Source: Takakia lepidozioides (Eukaryota; Plantae; Bryophyta). From it: a stretch of DNA of 64,000 nt. Position numbers and translations under genes: made by a program. Of the stretch, positions 11,584 through 25,760 are shown piece by piece; position 1 is the first letter of the stretch; each line of letters opens with the position of its first letter. Below the pieces are notes generated by a model that saw only the letters and a list, made by a program, of their open reading frames with translations, was not told the origin of the DNA and searched no databases. The DNA lies in the NCBI GenBank assembly GCA_030704615.1, contig CM060732.1, forward strand, positions 33,790,001 to 33,854,000, written 5' to 3'.

Positions 11584-14500
11584 TTAAAGCTCGTCTTTGG
11601 CAGTATCAGAGGCCACCCCAGTAGTGATGGAGATGTCTCTGTGCTTGTTCACAAACTCAATAAGATCCTCTTTGCTGCGGTCGCCGGCATATGGCACCAA
11701 GATGCCAGATGACGTATACACGTACAGGGTAGGGAACCCTTCCACTTCAAACAAACCTTCTGGAAGATCATTGGCTGTCGCGTCCTATACATATGTACAA
11801 AACCATACACAAACGTTTAGTATGGGCTGGGAGAGATGGGCTGGGAGAGTGACGGAGACAGAAAGAGATTGTACTCATGAGTCGTTTGGCGTAAGCCTTG
11901 TAGCGCCCCGCACCCCGTTCGGGCAGAACAAAAGAGAGAGAGAAAAAGAGAGAGAGAATATACTCATAAGATGATGTTTGTCGTAGCCTTGTGGCCATAG
12001 ACTCCACGCACAGTGTGGGCGAACAAAAGGGACCAGTAACTACCTTTGTGAGAGGCTCACTATGGTAGTGTAACTTACCTTGGTATAAACAATTAGTTCG
12101 GGCTTTTCAGATATCTTCTAGAAAGCCCTTCACACAAGCATCAATCTGCTGTGTGTAGGCAGCCCAAAGTTAGACCCCAACAGGGTCAGGGCTTGAGGCT
12201 CAGCCTCAAGACTTCGAAAGTTGGTGAACAGAGGTGCCGGGACGATGTTCTTCATGATCGTGAAGAGGGTCACTATCTGGAGAGAATATCCTGGGAAATG
12301 TATCAGAAAATGGGCAGTGTCTTGAGGTTGTCTGAACATCAGGCAAGTACAATTTCCTCTTCCTCTCTGCATCTGTTTTTTTTTCAAAGGTAGGCTTTCC
12401 ACTGAGTTTATTTTTCAGTATTTGGTATCTTTTTGGGCTTTTTGCCTTTTCAACCAGTTTTGCTGCAGAGACTCCTTAGGAAAGTCTGATCTCCCCACTC
12501 CTGGAAAACTGGACTACAGAAAAAGAGGGAAAAGAGGAAAATAAAAGAATCATAAGACAGTATTCATGTTGCGCTTTGTATTTCACGGAACATTCAGTCA
12601 GTTGGATCATCCCTTTGTCATTGTTTCTGTGTAAATAGCTATAAAGGCCAACGCAATGGTAGATGTGGGGAGACAGAATCACATACAAGTTTGGCAATGA
12701 GGACATCCGGATTTGCCTCGAAGGTAGTCGCAACCTCATCCAAAGTGGGTGCTAACTTCTTGCAGTGGCCACACCATGGAGCATAGAACTCTAGCAGCAC
12801 TGCATTTCCATCACATAACAATAGTAACAGAACCTTCTTAAACATCAATCGTGTACATTAGCACAACAAGTTGGTTTGGAGGTCGCAAGCCAGACAAATT
12901 TACTGCGGTGCTTCCCAACCGACCAGCTAGGTGTCTTAATTCTTACAGAACCATACAGTAAGGAACGAGTAGAGAAATATTCATGGTACCAGGCACTGGG
13001 GAGATCCTGTCAAGTTCCACGAAAACTAGGAATAACAGAGGGGTGAAGTCTGCAACACCTGGAGATCAACTGGAGAAAGACAGTGCCAGGACTAATGCCC
13101 ACTATGGGGAGACATCTGACATCGCAAGGAACAGTAGATCTATGTGATGGAGAATGCTTGCAAAGTATTAGTAGCAAACATACCGGTCTTCCCAGAATCC
13201 AACACCATCTCCTGAAGAGATTTTCTCACCACCACCTTCACTGGTTCGTCATTGGTTGCAGGGATCTCCTCAGACTTGACATGTCGCTCCAACTTTCCAT
13301 CCTGCATTTGAAGGAATGTTACTTCCTTCCTGGAAAAAATCTAATCTTACTGAGTTACTAGAGATGAGCCCCACTAAAGACAGCTTACAATTCTCACGGC
13401 TGACTGGGAACAAAGAAGATAAGAATGAAGAGCGAGAGCGATGTACTCATGAAAAAAGACAGACTCAAGGTTGCTAGTTTCCAATAATATCCTTATGTAA
13501 TTATGGGATGACTCACCATGCAGGGGTAGGATGCATTGGTTTTGATGTACTAAACAACAAATCTGCATAAATGTTGGCTATTGGCACAACTAGTTACCCT
13601 GTATAGGGTTAACCCTTCCAGCCCCTGTAATGGGGTTATAATTGACAGGGAGGGGTGAGTGGATAGTGTGGGGTATGCCTATGAGTGTGAGGGAGAGAGG
13701 GCTCACCAAAACATCCTGAAGCCAAGGTGCCAGCTGTGCAGCTTCTACATTCAGGCCCAAAAACTTCTTACTGGCATCTGTTTCCAGTACAATTGCTGGC
13801 AACCCATCGGCATTGATACCAAAATACTGCAAGTAAACAAGGAAAAGTTAACACCAATTGAGTTAGATATACTATAGAAACATTCTTTTCATACATGTAC
13901 AACCTTTGGTTCTAAACATTCAAATTACAAAATCTGGTTCTATGTAAGGAGCACATTCGGGTACTTAAGAAAAAAGGGGGAGGTAGTGCCTTCTGAGGTA
14001 TATCTGAACACATTCTTTCTCCATCTCCAAATGAATCACTCTCTCTTTCTTCTGTCTTCTGTCTTCTTTCTAACTGACTGCCCAATTCAGTTATTCCATT
14101 TATATTAGTAAGTCAACAGGTATTGTAGATCACTACAGCTTTTGATAAAGATACCAGACTGGTCATATGACTGAGGGGAAAGAAAGGCATCGTGAGTGTG
14201 TAAATTGCATCACCTGACCACAATACCGAGTGAATTACAGACTCTTACCCTACCAGTATTGCATAAAATGGACTGAGGTTGAGGACCACCTTCAGTGCAT
14301 TCTCATTCTCTACAGCGTCGGCGATCAGGAGCTTGATGCCTTTATCCTGCACTGACTTGGCGAGCTCAGTATACGCGTTCCTGTATGCATCTGCTCCCTC
14401 TGCTTTGAGGTCGAGAAAGAAAAACACCTGCTTCCAAGCAACAAACCAGAGACCATTTAATGACGTACACATGGATTGACCTGGCTTACAAATGCTGGCT

Positions 14501-17376
14501 ATGACATGACCTTGAGGGCCTCATCACAATCCAGAGCTGGAAGTGCAGAGTTTAACCTAAATGTGTCTGAAACTCCGCTCGACATTGTCATGACAATCCA
14601 GTTACATAAGTTGGAACAAACATTCAAGGGCTGGCATTGTAATCATACCAGAAAGCATGATAGTAATTCCATCACTCCGTCTATCTCAACACAAGATTCT
14701 AGTTTAAAAAAACACAACAGAGATGTCAGGAACCAAATTATTTACAGCATATATGTGCTCAACATACCTTCGTGGCTTTACTGTTGAAGAATTTGACAAG
14801 AAAATTGTGGGCACCGGACATCTCAGTCACGAGTGGTGAGCTCTTTTCCTCCAAAAAAGCCTTCAATACCTCCACTGAAAAGTCCTGCAGTGGCCAAATC
14901 GATGCAGGAATAGACAGCAGAAGTACATGTCACCTTAAATACCATCAACCCCTCATAAGCACAGAAACAAGATGGGAGATTGTAGAGCATGTCAAGCAGT
15001 CTAGTCACGTCTGCTAAGGTCCTGTACATGACCAAATTTCTCAGTTATGCTGCAATAACTGATACAAATTATTGGGCAATCCATAACATTATACAACTTG
15101 AAAAAGCATTGAAAATGGCTCTCCAAACTCACAGTGGCATCATTGAAGTTCTCGTCAAAGGGCTTGTACAGGCGGACAGCTGGAGCAGAAATAGGGGCAC
15201 TGTTCTCAGGCATATATGAAGTCTCTAACGTGTGAGTGAACTGGTAGTCAGACCGGAGCTCCTCTGCAACACTGAGAAAGTTGGCAAACTCTGTGCTGTC
15301 CAGGCTCTCAAACACGCCCACCTGCCATCAGCCCCATCATACGACCTGGTTCACACCCAAGGAGTATCGCAAACGCACACAATCCTGGGATCCTACTTTA
15401 CGTCTCACCTAGGCATAGGGCCAACAACCTAACCAAAGTGAGGTAGAAAATCAATTGCCAGGATCCAGAGGGTGGCCAGATCATCCATTTGCATTTGGTG
15501 ACTCCCCAAGATGCACTTTTGTCCACCAAAAAACTAGAGATGATATCATTAAAATTCACCAAAAAGGTGCCTCGAGAAACTAAGCTTCGACAAGGATAAG
15601 GAAGGTACAACCTGCAGGGTTGTTATCCTCCTGGCGGCATTTGTAGCATATAATTTCAGCCCATGAGCGCTCACACCCAGGTATAGACCATTAGTGGTTG
15701 ATCTACAGGCTCACATGGACACGATTCAAGGGAAAAAGACTTGAGAGAGATGGACAGACAAACCAGAGGGGGATGGGCAAACAGGTCTCTGGAAAAGGAA
15801 GTGGTGGCATTTGCAAAGGGAAAGATGTCATACCACAGTAAAATCGTTTTGTACGATAAATGTGCTCGCTTGCTCACTAGATGTGAGGAGCAGAGAGGCG
15901 GGGCCGGCCAAACTCTTCAAGTAACTCACAATACCTGCAGCCTCATGTGGGCCTTTATATTTAATCGCTCCGTCACCCCCATTCTTGAACATCTTGAGGG
16001 ATGGGAAGCCGTTTACATCATACTTGGCTGCCAGTGGTTTGTTTGTTTCCTCATTGGCATCCACCTTAGCCAATATGATGGGAGGAACATGGTTCTTGAG
16101 CTCCACAGCTGCTTGCTCATACTGTAATATGGATGAGAGAAATGCAAATGAGCTAGTCAGGGTTTAAAAGGGAAAATAAAATTACTTCCTTTTAAATCAC
16201 ACATGCTCCTACTAAACTCAAGCCATCTGACCCTTGCCAAACCCTAGGCCCCCAAAACCCCTGCAAAGACAACTGAACCCCTATGATAGCATCCCATGCG
16301 CTAGTTGCTTGTCTCCCAGCTGAGTCCTGAAAGCTTCTTAACATGGCTCCAGATAAGCTATTCATATGAACAAGTAGAGCTGGAGTAGTGACACTCCTAA
16401 GAAACCCTTCTGGGAAAAACAGAGTTCACTGAGTGGAAGACACGAACACAATACAAGAAAAACCAAGAGACATACTCTCTCCAAAGTGCTGACTTAGCTT
16501 TAGAGCAACTGTTTTAATAGAAAAAGATCCATGCAGTTCAGAATAGAGCATTGAGTAGGTCATGGACTGAGAGACGACCTCGGGAGCCAATCGCTTACAG
16601 TTTCCACACCTGTGAGTATAAACACATGCAAGATGGCTTGAGCAATTCTTACTGAACATTTGAATTCTTGCAGACAAGATTGCATGGTTCCAGATGTGTA
16701 AAGTCAACAGATACAGGATTGCAGCCGTTAGAGGATTTCAATGAACTGATCGGCAGCTAACAAGGATCGGACTTTGAGTGTCGTGTTAGTCAATTCATGC
16801 ACTCTCGGAGGGGTTCAGCATCCAAATGCAAAGAGGGGCTTTGATCTGCGAGGTCGGCTGCTCATGACAGTCTGGAGAGGCTCGAGCTCATTTCGCCCCG
16901 ATAAACCACTCGCTTCTCCATACATATCTCAAGAATACCGCCAAGACGATCTACTGTGTTTGCTTCACTATTGTAAACGTGTCCCTTTTAAAAAAGCCTA
17001 ACATCGCTCTTCTAGGTTGCGTATATTATGTTCTCTCTCTTTCTCACCTCAGGAAATGAAGATAATAAACGGACAGCCTTCACGCTGACGAGAACATGAA
17101 GCCCCCAGTTCAGCCAAATCAGCCCACATAGTGTAGAAATTCAAATCTCAAAACAAGTTGCTTGAAAAGTGGAGCTCAGACTTACCAGGGAGCGTAGAAC
17201 TCGACCACGATGAACGGGTGGGATTCGATAGCCTGGGTGAAGTTCGACGCATCCAGAACTAGAACCGAGCTTTCCACACTTGCCGCAGTCACTTCTTCGC
17301 TTGCAGCCTCGGTCTCTGACGCCTTTACCCATGGCAACAGAACCAGAAGAAAAAGCAATGAAAATCTGGAATCCAT
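11584..17376 (-). CDS. PDI: Protein disulfide-isomerase (PDIL1-type, a-b-b'-a'), 10 exons, 501 aa
   Basis: Exons 17376-17186, 16609-16579, 16121-15834, 15321-15133, 14884-14768, 14427-14290, 13826-13707, 13301-13184, 12799-12687 and 11784-11584. All introns are GT-AG and the exons total 1506 nt in frame. The protein has a signal peptide, [11 protein letters not shown] and [11 protein letters not shown] sites, and a C-terminal KDEL. Confidence 0.96.
12130..12400 (-). mobile_element. Possible degraded LINE 3'-end fragment in PDI intron 9
   Basis: Translation [13 protein letters not shown] resembles the LINE C-terminal E.x.HFLx.CP.Y zinc motif. Short and decayed. Confidence 0.35.
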
Positions 17377-17615
17377 CTCCAGAATCGAGTTTGGGGCTAT
17401 CAGCGGATCACCACTTTGTCTTGTGAGCAACTAATCTGGAGTAACCCCAAGGCAGACAAATTGGGATACACCTTCTGGAGTGTCTTGAAAGCCCCGATTC
17501 GAGATCCAGAACAACCAATACAACACCAAAGGTTAGACTTGACAGAAATCCAAGAGGACGCGAAGCAGGAAGCATCTCCCCTGTCAGCAGTCTGGAATGC
17601 AGTCTCCATCGAGAG

Positions 17616-17852
17616 CTTATATACAGCAGCCTCGTCTGCCGATCTCGTAGAGATCGAGAAAGACGAAGCGAGAGTGACGAGAGTGACGTATAGTGTTAAC
17701 AGACTACATCCATCCATCCATCGGTGTCTCCGCACCCAGCCACGGTGAAAATCGTGTCGACGTCGAATGGGTATGTGACATGTCAGATATTGTGACAAGT
17801 CGACATATTATTGGTCGTTGTGGTGGAATAAGGGAACGCCACGTGGATTGGC
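17616..17852 (-). promoter_or_regulatory. PDI promoter: TATA box and candidate UPR-type elements
   Basis: TATATAAG (minus, 17616-17623), TGACGT near 17684, and CCAAT directly adjacent to a CCACGTGG box (about 17839-17851). Motif match only. Confidence 0.4.
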
Positions 17853-17917
17853 TTTTGTCATTCGTTTCCTCGAATGCTGCAGGGAATCTGGGAATCTAGG
17901 GATCTAGGAATTCCAGA

Positions 17918-18085
17918 TGTTGTTTTTGTTTATTTTTTGGTGTTTTGAAATAGGGGTGAGCCCGGCCTTGGGCTCTGCCCCCTGTCATGCCTCCCTAAGG
18001 CACAGATACAGATGACAGGGATTTGAACCCGAGACCCGCAGGCCAGTACACCACAGCCCTGTTGTGTTAACAGACCTAGAGACTT
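17918..18085 (-). mobile_element. tRNA-derived SINE-like element
   Basis: B-box GGTTCAAATCC (minus, 18019-18029) and an A-rich tail (T-rich on plus at about 17918-17946). The head resembles the element at 36555-36620. Confidence 0.5.
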
Positions 18086-19112
18086 GCTTTGAATGTTGAT
18101 CCTTTGTTGGCTCTGTCCCTTCAGGAAGAGACTTTGCATCATGTTGAAGTCATTGGAGAAAATGTGGTCAACCAACCTTACACCGTGTCAAGAGTGTGAT
18201 TGGTGTAAAAGCGCTCTTAAGTATAAACTTGTCCACAGTGTTGGACTGCCTGGTATTGACAATTCCAATACTTAGGTCAATACCCTACATAGACTGGTAT
18301 TGACAAAGGAAATACCCATGCAATACCCGTGTTATGGGCGAAAACAAGGACTACTATGTATAGAGGTCGCTCTATTCTTCTTCTTTTTTCTTTTTTTTTT
18401 AACAGGGGAGGAAGCCGTGCAAATCATATTAATAAAGGATGTCCTGGAAAAAATAACCAGGACAGAAGGCCATAAGGCATACATCTTGTAAGATTGGGTA
18501 ACACCCTAACAGGCCACCAAGGGCAAGCTTTGCTACCACCCTGAAGCCCTGAAGATCAGGAAGCCATGCTCCAGGGAGTTAAGAGGTTTGAGAACTAAAC
18601 AGCAGAACTTAAACATCAGAAACCAAGGCTGGATTTGCCTAGCAGCCAGCCACCCCCCCCCCCCCCCCCCCTCAGTCAGGCAGGGAGAAAATAGCCCAAC
18701 CTTAGAACAACAAAAGCCATAAAGGCAGGCTCCCGACATCCAAACAGGAGCAGAAGTAGCCACAGTAGTGGAGCATGAGGCAGACCAGAAGGCTCTAGAC
18801 TGAGAGCACATAACATGATCCTATAGGAACCTGCAAGGGAACAAGGCCGAACTGCCAACCCAAGAACACATCCTATGCAAGTAGAAAAACAGGCCAACCC
18901 CAGCCAGAAAGAAAAGGCCCTGTTGGCAAGAAGATTGCCAAAAAAACCATGCAAGTTCTTGGTTTTCCAGCCACAAAGAAGAAATGTCAGCGCCTTGTGT
19001 TGCCGGGCTCAAAGTTTAGATGCGCCCTCACATTGGAAACCCACTGTTTTTGGTGACGCCAGTTGATGTCCCTATCTTCAATCTCAGCGGGGGAGGCCCT
19101 TGGTTGGGGGAG

Positions 19113-22100
19113 TCACCAGTCGACTGGAGGTCTTGATGCCCAGGAGACTCCTTCACCCTGTCTTTCACAAAGACGTCCATTGTGCCCCCATTCGGCATCA
19201 AACTTCGAGAGAAGGGCATCCCGCCGCTCCTCAGAACATCTGCAAACTGTGATCAAAAGCCCCTCCCACAGTTTACGTCCCTCTACCAATAAGTCAAAAA
19301 AGATAGAGGCCAAGGAAGATTTGACACAAGTAGGTTTGAGATAAAAAATGAGAGTACATCTGGCCTTCCAAATATGCCAAAGGCCAAGCCCCCGAAGCGC
19401 AACCCAAACTTGGCAAGAGAGCCAGGAAGAAGAAGGGGAAGCATTGAGAAGAATTAAGAGAGGATCCCTTCGGTTAAAATCTTGCCAGGAAACATACAAG
19501 GAATGATTTCTAGACCAAATGAAAGAGGCAAAGGGACAGGATATGAAACAGTGTAGGTAAGTCTCCACGTCCCCCAAAGTGCAATATTTGCACAAGTTGT
19601 CAGGAGCCAGTTGAGTGAAGGAAAGGGGAAGAATGTGATTGTAGAGCTTCCACAGGAAGCCTGATATCTTGGCAACACGTTGCTTCTTCCAGACATCTAC
19701 CCAAATGAGCTTCCAAGCTGATTGAGGGACTGAGATAGGAGCCCACTTACCTGATAGCTTAGCAGTAATTGGATAGGGGTTTTGAAGGATTTTATACCCA
19801 TCTTGGCACTGTAAGCAAAAAAGGGCATGGGAGTATCCTGCACACGCCAGCACCATTCCCCGGGATCCCACTGGAGATGGGCCAGGGGGGGTATTAAGAA
19901 ACCAAAACACCGAGACTGCCTGCCCCCATTGCAGTAAAGTTCCTGCCCCGTTGTACACTGGGTTAACTACACCTGCAGAATCAATGATTCTAACAGCAAA
20001 GGTAGAATCATACTGGCAAAATATAGATCCAACACACATGAGAGAACCTTCTGAACTGGCAGCAAAACCAATGCCCGAAGCGACCTGATTTTGAATCTCC
20101 GAAACAGAAATGATACTGACAAGAATGCCCCCCAAGCAACCACGCTAGGCAGGGGGATTCCAATGATCCCGGCCAGGAGAAAGAAGAGAAGATTAGCGCA
20201 AGGTTACTGCATTATGAATGAAGAGCCAGCCCTTGGAGAGAGAGATGGGGTGCAGAAAATCAGACCAACGGTCACAGGAGGACATACCCGAACCCTCCCA
20301 AACATCCTGAACCAAAGAAATCCTGGCCCTATCCCAATTAGCCCACCGAGCAGAGCAAGAAGCCAGGACCTCACAATCCAGCTGGAGATTCCCAAAAATT
20401 GGCTGTCTAATGGCCTCATCCCAAGACCTGGGGGGTTTTTGATAGAGATATTCACGAAGACGCGTCCATGCCCTCCAAATGGCTTGCCAAACCAAGGAGC
20501 CCACAGACTGCTTGGAGTTTCCCCTGCATCAACCAACGGAAATTGGGGACCCAAGCTGGGCTAGAAGAAGGGATCGACTGCTGGATATTAAGCCAAACCA
20601 AGAACTTCCAGGGGCCAGCACCTGGCAAGAAGGCCCTAGGTATCCACTTACCTAGAATAGTTGTAATCTCATGATCCAGATCAAGGATACCTAGACCCCT
20701 CTCTTTTTTCTTTAAGCATAACTGGGACCAAGAGACCAAAGCACACTTAGCAACCGAGGCATCAGAGGCCCCCCACAGAAAATCAAAACTTTTATGGATT
20801 GGAGGATAGTAGGGCCAGGGTCCCAGACTGAGGCAATAAACCAAATTGCCGCCGACAATACTTGATTAGCAACAAGAGCCCTTCCTGTAATGGACAATTG
20901 AGAAGAACACCAAAAAGTCAATCGGATTTTGAGGAAACGAAGGATCGGGGCGAAACGGTCCTGTTGAGAGAGACCATGCCCTATCAAGTGCCCAAGAAGC
21001 TTGCAGGATTCACCCTCCTTAAGCCAACGAAGGCCTTTATCCATGCCCCATTCAGGCACATGAGAGGAAGCTGTATTTGAAGTCCTGGAAAGTATACCTA
21101 CACTTTTGGCCAAGTTGACTTTAAAGCCAGAAGCCAAACAAAACCAGTCCAAAGTGTTCAAAGCAGACTCAATGTTGAGAGGGTTATCATTGCGAAGGTA
21201 GAGGACCGTGTCATCAACATACATGGACAGCGTAAGGTTGAAGGGACGGGAGGAAAAGGGAGAAGGAATTTGAAGCCCCATAATGTGCCTTTGCTCGTCC
21301 ATGAGATGGCCTAGACAGTCAGCCGTAATGAGAAAAAGAAAAGGAGATAAGGGACAGCCCTAGCGGACAGAGTGTTGAAGGGCAAAGGACTTAGAAAGAT
21401 ATCCGTTAGTCATGACCTTACTGGAGGCAGAGAAGAGGAGTATTTTAACCCATGAAAGGACAACACCCTGAATAGCCAAAAGAAGAAACCGCCAATTAAT
21501 CCGATCAAAAGCTTTTTCAAAATCTAGAAGGAGCAAGGCTAAAGGCTGATTGGAGGTTTCAGCATAACTCAGGGCCTCATTAGTCCGTTATAATCCCAAA
21601 CAAACAGACATTACTTTGAACACCTGACACTTCCCAACAATGTCCCAATTCTTGCATTCTGGACATGACATTGTCAAGAATCATCCTTTTTCTAACAAAA
21701 CCAGATTGAGCAGGTCTAATGAGAGAGGGCAAAAGAAGTTGCAGCCGCCGGGCCAAGGTCTTAGCTATGATTTTGTATGTCACGTTTAACAAGGTGATCG
21801 GCCGATAATTCGCAATATCCTCCTTGTCCCCTTTCTTGAAAATTAAAGCTATGACCCCATGTGACAACTGAGATGGCATCATCTTCTTGGCATTTCCAAG
21901 AAATCAGTTGAAATGGACTGCCATAATGCTTTAAAGAACTTGGCTGGCATACCATCCAGGATTTTTCAAAGAGTCCAAGGCATCCCCTAGTTCAAACTCC
22001 GTAAAAGGCTCGTTTAGGCCCGCCCCTTGCAGTGGAGAGAGAGTGACAGGAATCCTGCTGCAAACCGACGCTCTGGCCAGACTCATATCAACTGTCTCTG

Positions 22101-23397
22101 GGTCAGTGGTGTAAAGAGATCTAAGGAAATCTTCTGCAATAGAATTAAGGACCTTTGGATTAGAGCAGGAGGTGTTTGAGTTATCCTTAAGGGATTGAAT
22201 GGACTGTGCAGCCCCCCACTGCTTGGCTTTCAAAAAAAAATACCTACTCATTTTTTCACCCTGAGAGGACCAATTAATCCCTTCTTTAACTTTCATAAAA
22301 AGGTCTTTGGAACATTGCAGCTGACTCAAACGACGTTTAGCCTCAGAAAAGGTGAGAAGGGTTTGAGGACCCTGTCGATTCCTTTCCAACTTTTTTTGGC
22401 AAACCGTAAGACATTTAATCAATGCCATCTCATATCTGTTGTTTTGGACTGCCAATTCCCTGGCAAGAGAGATGCAAAACCTACTGCAGGCCTGGAGCTT
22501 ATTCAAAAACCTAAGGGTGGGGGAAGAATAGAGACCGGAAGAACTAGCCCAACAAACCTGAATGGCCTCCAAGATGCTAGGGATCTTTAAAATACCTATA
22601 TTAATCTTAGTGAAGCCTCTATCCCTAGCCTTCATACCAAGCGTGACCACCTTGGCCCTGACCTCGGCGTGGTCGAATTCAGATAGGATAGGGCCCATGG
22701 GGAGATAATGAAACCAAGAGGAGATAGAAGCGGAGAAGTAGAATCGGTCGAGCCTCGCCATGCAAAGACCTGGCGGGGCCCGATTGTTGGACCAGGAAAA
22801 TGCGGGAGAGAGGGGGAAAGAATAATTGTCTGCAAGACCAACCGAGAGTATGAGTGCTTCCCATTCATGAAGTTCAGAGACAGAGAGCACAGAGGAATCC
22901 TGGCCTAACCTATCTGAAGGGGCTTCAACCATGTTGAAGTCCCCTGCAAGGATCCAATGATCAACATGAGGCAAGGCCAAAATCCTAGATCTGATTAGGC
23001 ACCAGAGTTGGGCTCTGTCTAGGGAAGAATTATGAGCATAGACATCGATAATCCCAAGCATCCCAGCATGATTAGGAGTATTAATGAAAAGACATTGAAA
23101 TCTACCCAAAACCCATGAATCAACTGAGGAGACAGAAGGCAAAAGGGAGGAAGAGACCAGAAAAGCGGAGCCTCCCCGGGAGCCCTCATAAGTTGGATTC
23201 CACCAAGCTTGAGAGGCTGGCCAGACTTGATTACCAAGAGCAGAAACCTTGGAGGAATTAAGTTTATGTTCCTGTAGGAGGATTACAAAATTGGAGAGAG
23301 GAAGAGAGGCAAACCATCTTTTTAATCTATTCCTCTTAGGGACAGCAGAATCAGAGCCCAAGCCCCTTATGTTCCATGAATGTAGAGGGAGATTCAT
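19113..23397 (-). pseudogene. LINE ORF2: APE endonuclease + reverse transcriptase + zf-RVT
   Basis: SWNIRGL, LLQEHK, LAGDFN, ARLDRFY, YRPITLLN, LDFEKAFD, YVDDT, CKYC...ETYLHCFISCP. Several frameshifts and an ~80-bp insertion near 21585-21665. Confidence 0.9.
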
Positions 23398-23419
23398 GGG
23401 GGTCTATCATCTAGCAGGC

Positions 23420-25760
23420 TCAAGGGAAGCCCTTGAAGAGATGGCCTGGATGGGTTCGAGAACAAGAACTTCGTTCTTTTATCATGAAATGGAAGGGCAG
23501 AAACCCAAGCAGCTGAAGCTGAACAAAACCCACCAATAGGGGCCCATTTCTTGCCTTTTTCATCTCAGAAAAGCAGAACTGCCTCCTATTCCGAGTTGAA
23601 AATGAGAGGCTTAAGGACATCAAAGGAAGGCCCAAAAGAATGGCCAAATCAAAAATAACAGTACGAGGGTTTTGAATATCAACATCAGACAGAGCCAGCG
23701 AGGGAAGTAGACAACCGTTGCAAGAAAAAACCAGAAGACAACATCGCTGCTTGGATAGGGGAGCAGAGATGAAAAAGGGGACCAGCCTGTGACTCCCTGA
23801 AGCAGATAAAGAAGCAGACGTGGCAGATGTGATAACACCAGAGCAGATGCTAGGTGTAGAGGGGAGAAAAGGGGGGGAGAAGATTACCAGAGGGGGGAAG
23901 TCAGCAGCCAAGAGAGGCTCCGGGGCCAAAGAACCCGCTGGAGTAGGTGGAAATTCCTGAAAAGGCCTCAGAAAGGAATCAATATCACCTTGGGAGCTGC
24001 CCTTGACAAGCTCCAATTCAATGAGCAGTTGTTTTCCTTTCTGCTTTATTCTTTTAGCTGCAATGGCCTTGATCAAAAGGCATCCAGCGTCAAGGGCCCG
24101 GGTGGCCAAAACCAACTCAGTTGGATCCATCAAGGCAGCAAAGTCCGCCGGTATGGAGGTTCCATTAGACCAGCAACCCCCTATGCTTTCTCCCTGTTTG
24201 GTGACTTCTCTATGATCAAGTGCCACCAGCACCTGGACCGTGGAGAAGGTGGAATGCTTAATGTTGTCCACTAGGTAAGAGCCAAAATGCATAGAGCTCC
24301 TAGGGTTCAAAGCCAAACAACCCAACTCAGCAGAAAATAAGGAATGGACTTTCTTAATGATAAGGTCGACAGTCTGGTCAAGGCCAGGAAATTCCAAAGT
24401 CGTCATGAGTAACCCAAGTTGTGGCCAAACCCAATGCAGGACCAGTGAGGAGAATCTGAGGGCACTCTGAGGCAGCCTGGAAAATAATAGGAGTAATTGA
24501 AATAATCGCATTACACCTTTTAACGCCAGAGACTGAAGACCAAGGGGTCAGATGCAGGTTGCTGAAGGAACGAAGCCGCAAGCATCTAGAGGCTAGAATG
24601 TCATGGTAAATAGGCCCCGTAGACTCCCAAAATTGAGCAATAGAGAACACTACAGGCAGAAGGGCCTTCTCCAGGAGGGCAACACTGGACGAAGGCAAAA
24701 GATCCATCCAAGGGGACCGGATGGGGAAAGGGGATTTGACAGGTGACTTGACTAGAGTTTTCTGTCTTTAAATGACAGATCGCGGAGAAAGAGGCGAAGG
24801 AGAGGAAGAAGACACTGCCATTTTATTAATGGCCAGCATTAGCAAAGGAAATGATAAGGGAGGGATGAAAGGCTGCGGAGGGGGAGAGCAACAAGAGCCA
24901 CTGCTGGGATGCTGGCAACCGCAGCTGAAGGAATAGTATCATGTTTCCTTTTCAAAAAGGGACAATCTACTTTGAAATGGCCAACCCCATTGCATCCATG
25001 ACAGACCATACAGAACTGTTCTTCAAAGACCGCCACGGTAATAAAAGGAGCAACTAGAGAGGGTAGCCGAATGACCTTAGGCACCAACGCAGACTCGCGC
25101 ATCATTACAACAATTTTTGGGGCACTAATGTCACCAACTCTGCTAATATTTGAAAGAGAGCCCCATCTAGTCATCTCTGCAACCATGGAGTTTGAAGCCT
25201 CAGGGTCAAACACACTAAGGCATCCCAGGTAATCCCCAAAGCAAGTTCCAATTTCCGGCAGAGAGGCAAGATATTGACAAGGCAAGTAAGGTAGGGAAAT
25301 GATGCGAGGACGACACATGACACCATTTTTGTGGCCCCAATCCTGGGACCACGGAAAGATATGAACCCTGTGACTGGACATATGAGGGTTAAATGAAAGA
25401 GCTCTAGTGGCAGCCGCCTGAGACTCAAACATAACTGAGAAGAAGCCACGACCCATAGGGAGGCAAAACAACTGGCGCAGCTGACCCCCGCCCCCTAAAT
25501 GCTCCTGCACCTATTCTCTAACCCAATCACGATCTTTGAGATGGCCTGGGAAATGAAGGAGGACTCCTTGCTGAAGCTTGGAAGTCTGACTTCGAACGGT
25601 CTCCATATTAATGGGATGTATCTGCTTGTCAGTGACTAGAAGAGGTTGAGGCATCCCCAGAGGAGCCCAAGGGAAACCAGCCTCTTCTTCTTCCTTTCCC
25701 TCGCATTATGGGAAACTGTCCTTTGTGTCCCTTCCGTCCCATGGAGCTTCCGTGGAAATG
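23420..25760 (-). pseudogene. LINE ORF1 (RRM-like region + CCHC zinc knuckle), disrupted
   Basis: MGRGFFSVMFES...PW and CHGCNGVGHFKVDC, located directly upstream of ORF2. Confidence 0.7.

Noticed and set aside
17918-18085. Functional tRNA genes here, at 36555-36620 and at 42141-42200
   Set aside because: B-boxes are present but no complete cloverleaf can be folded; they are treated as SINE-derived.
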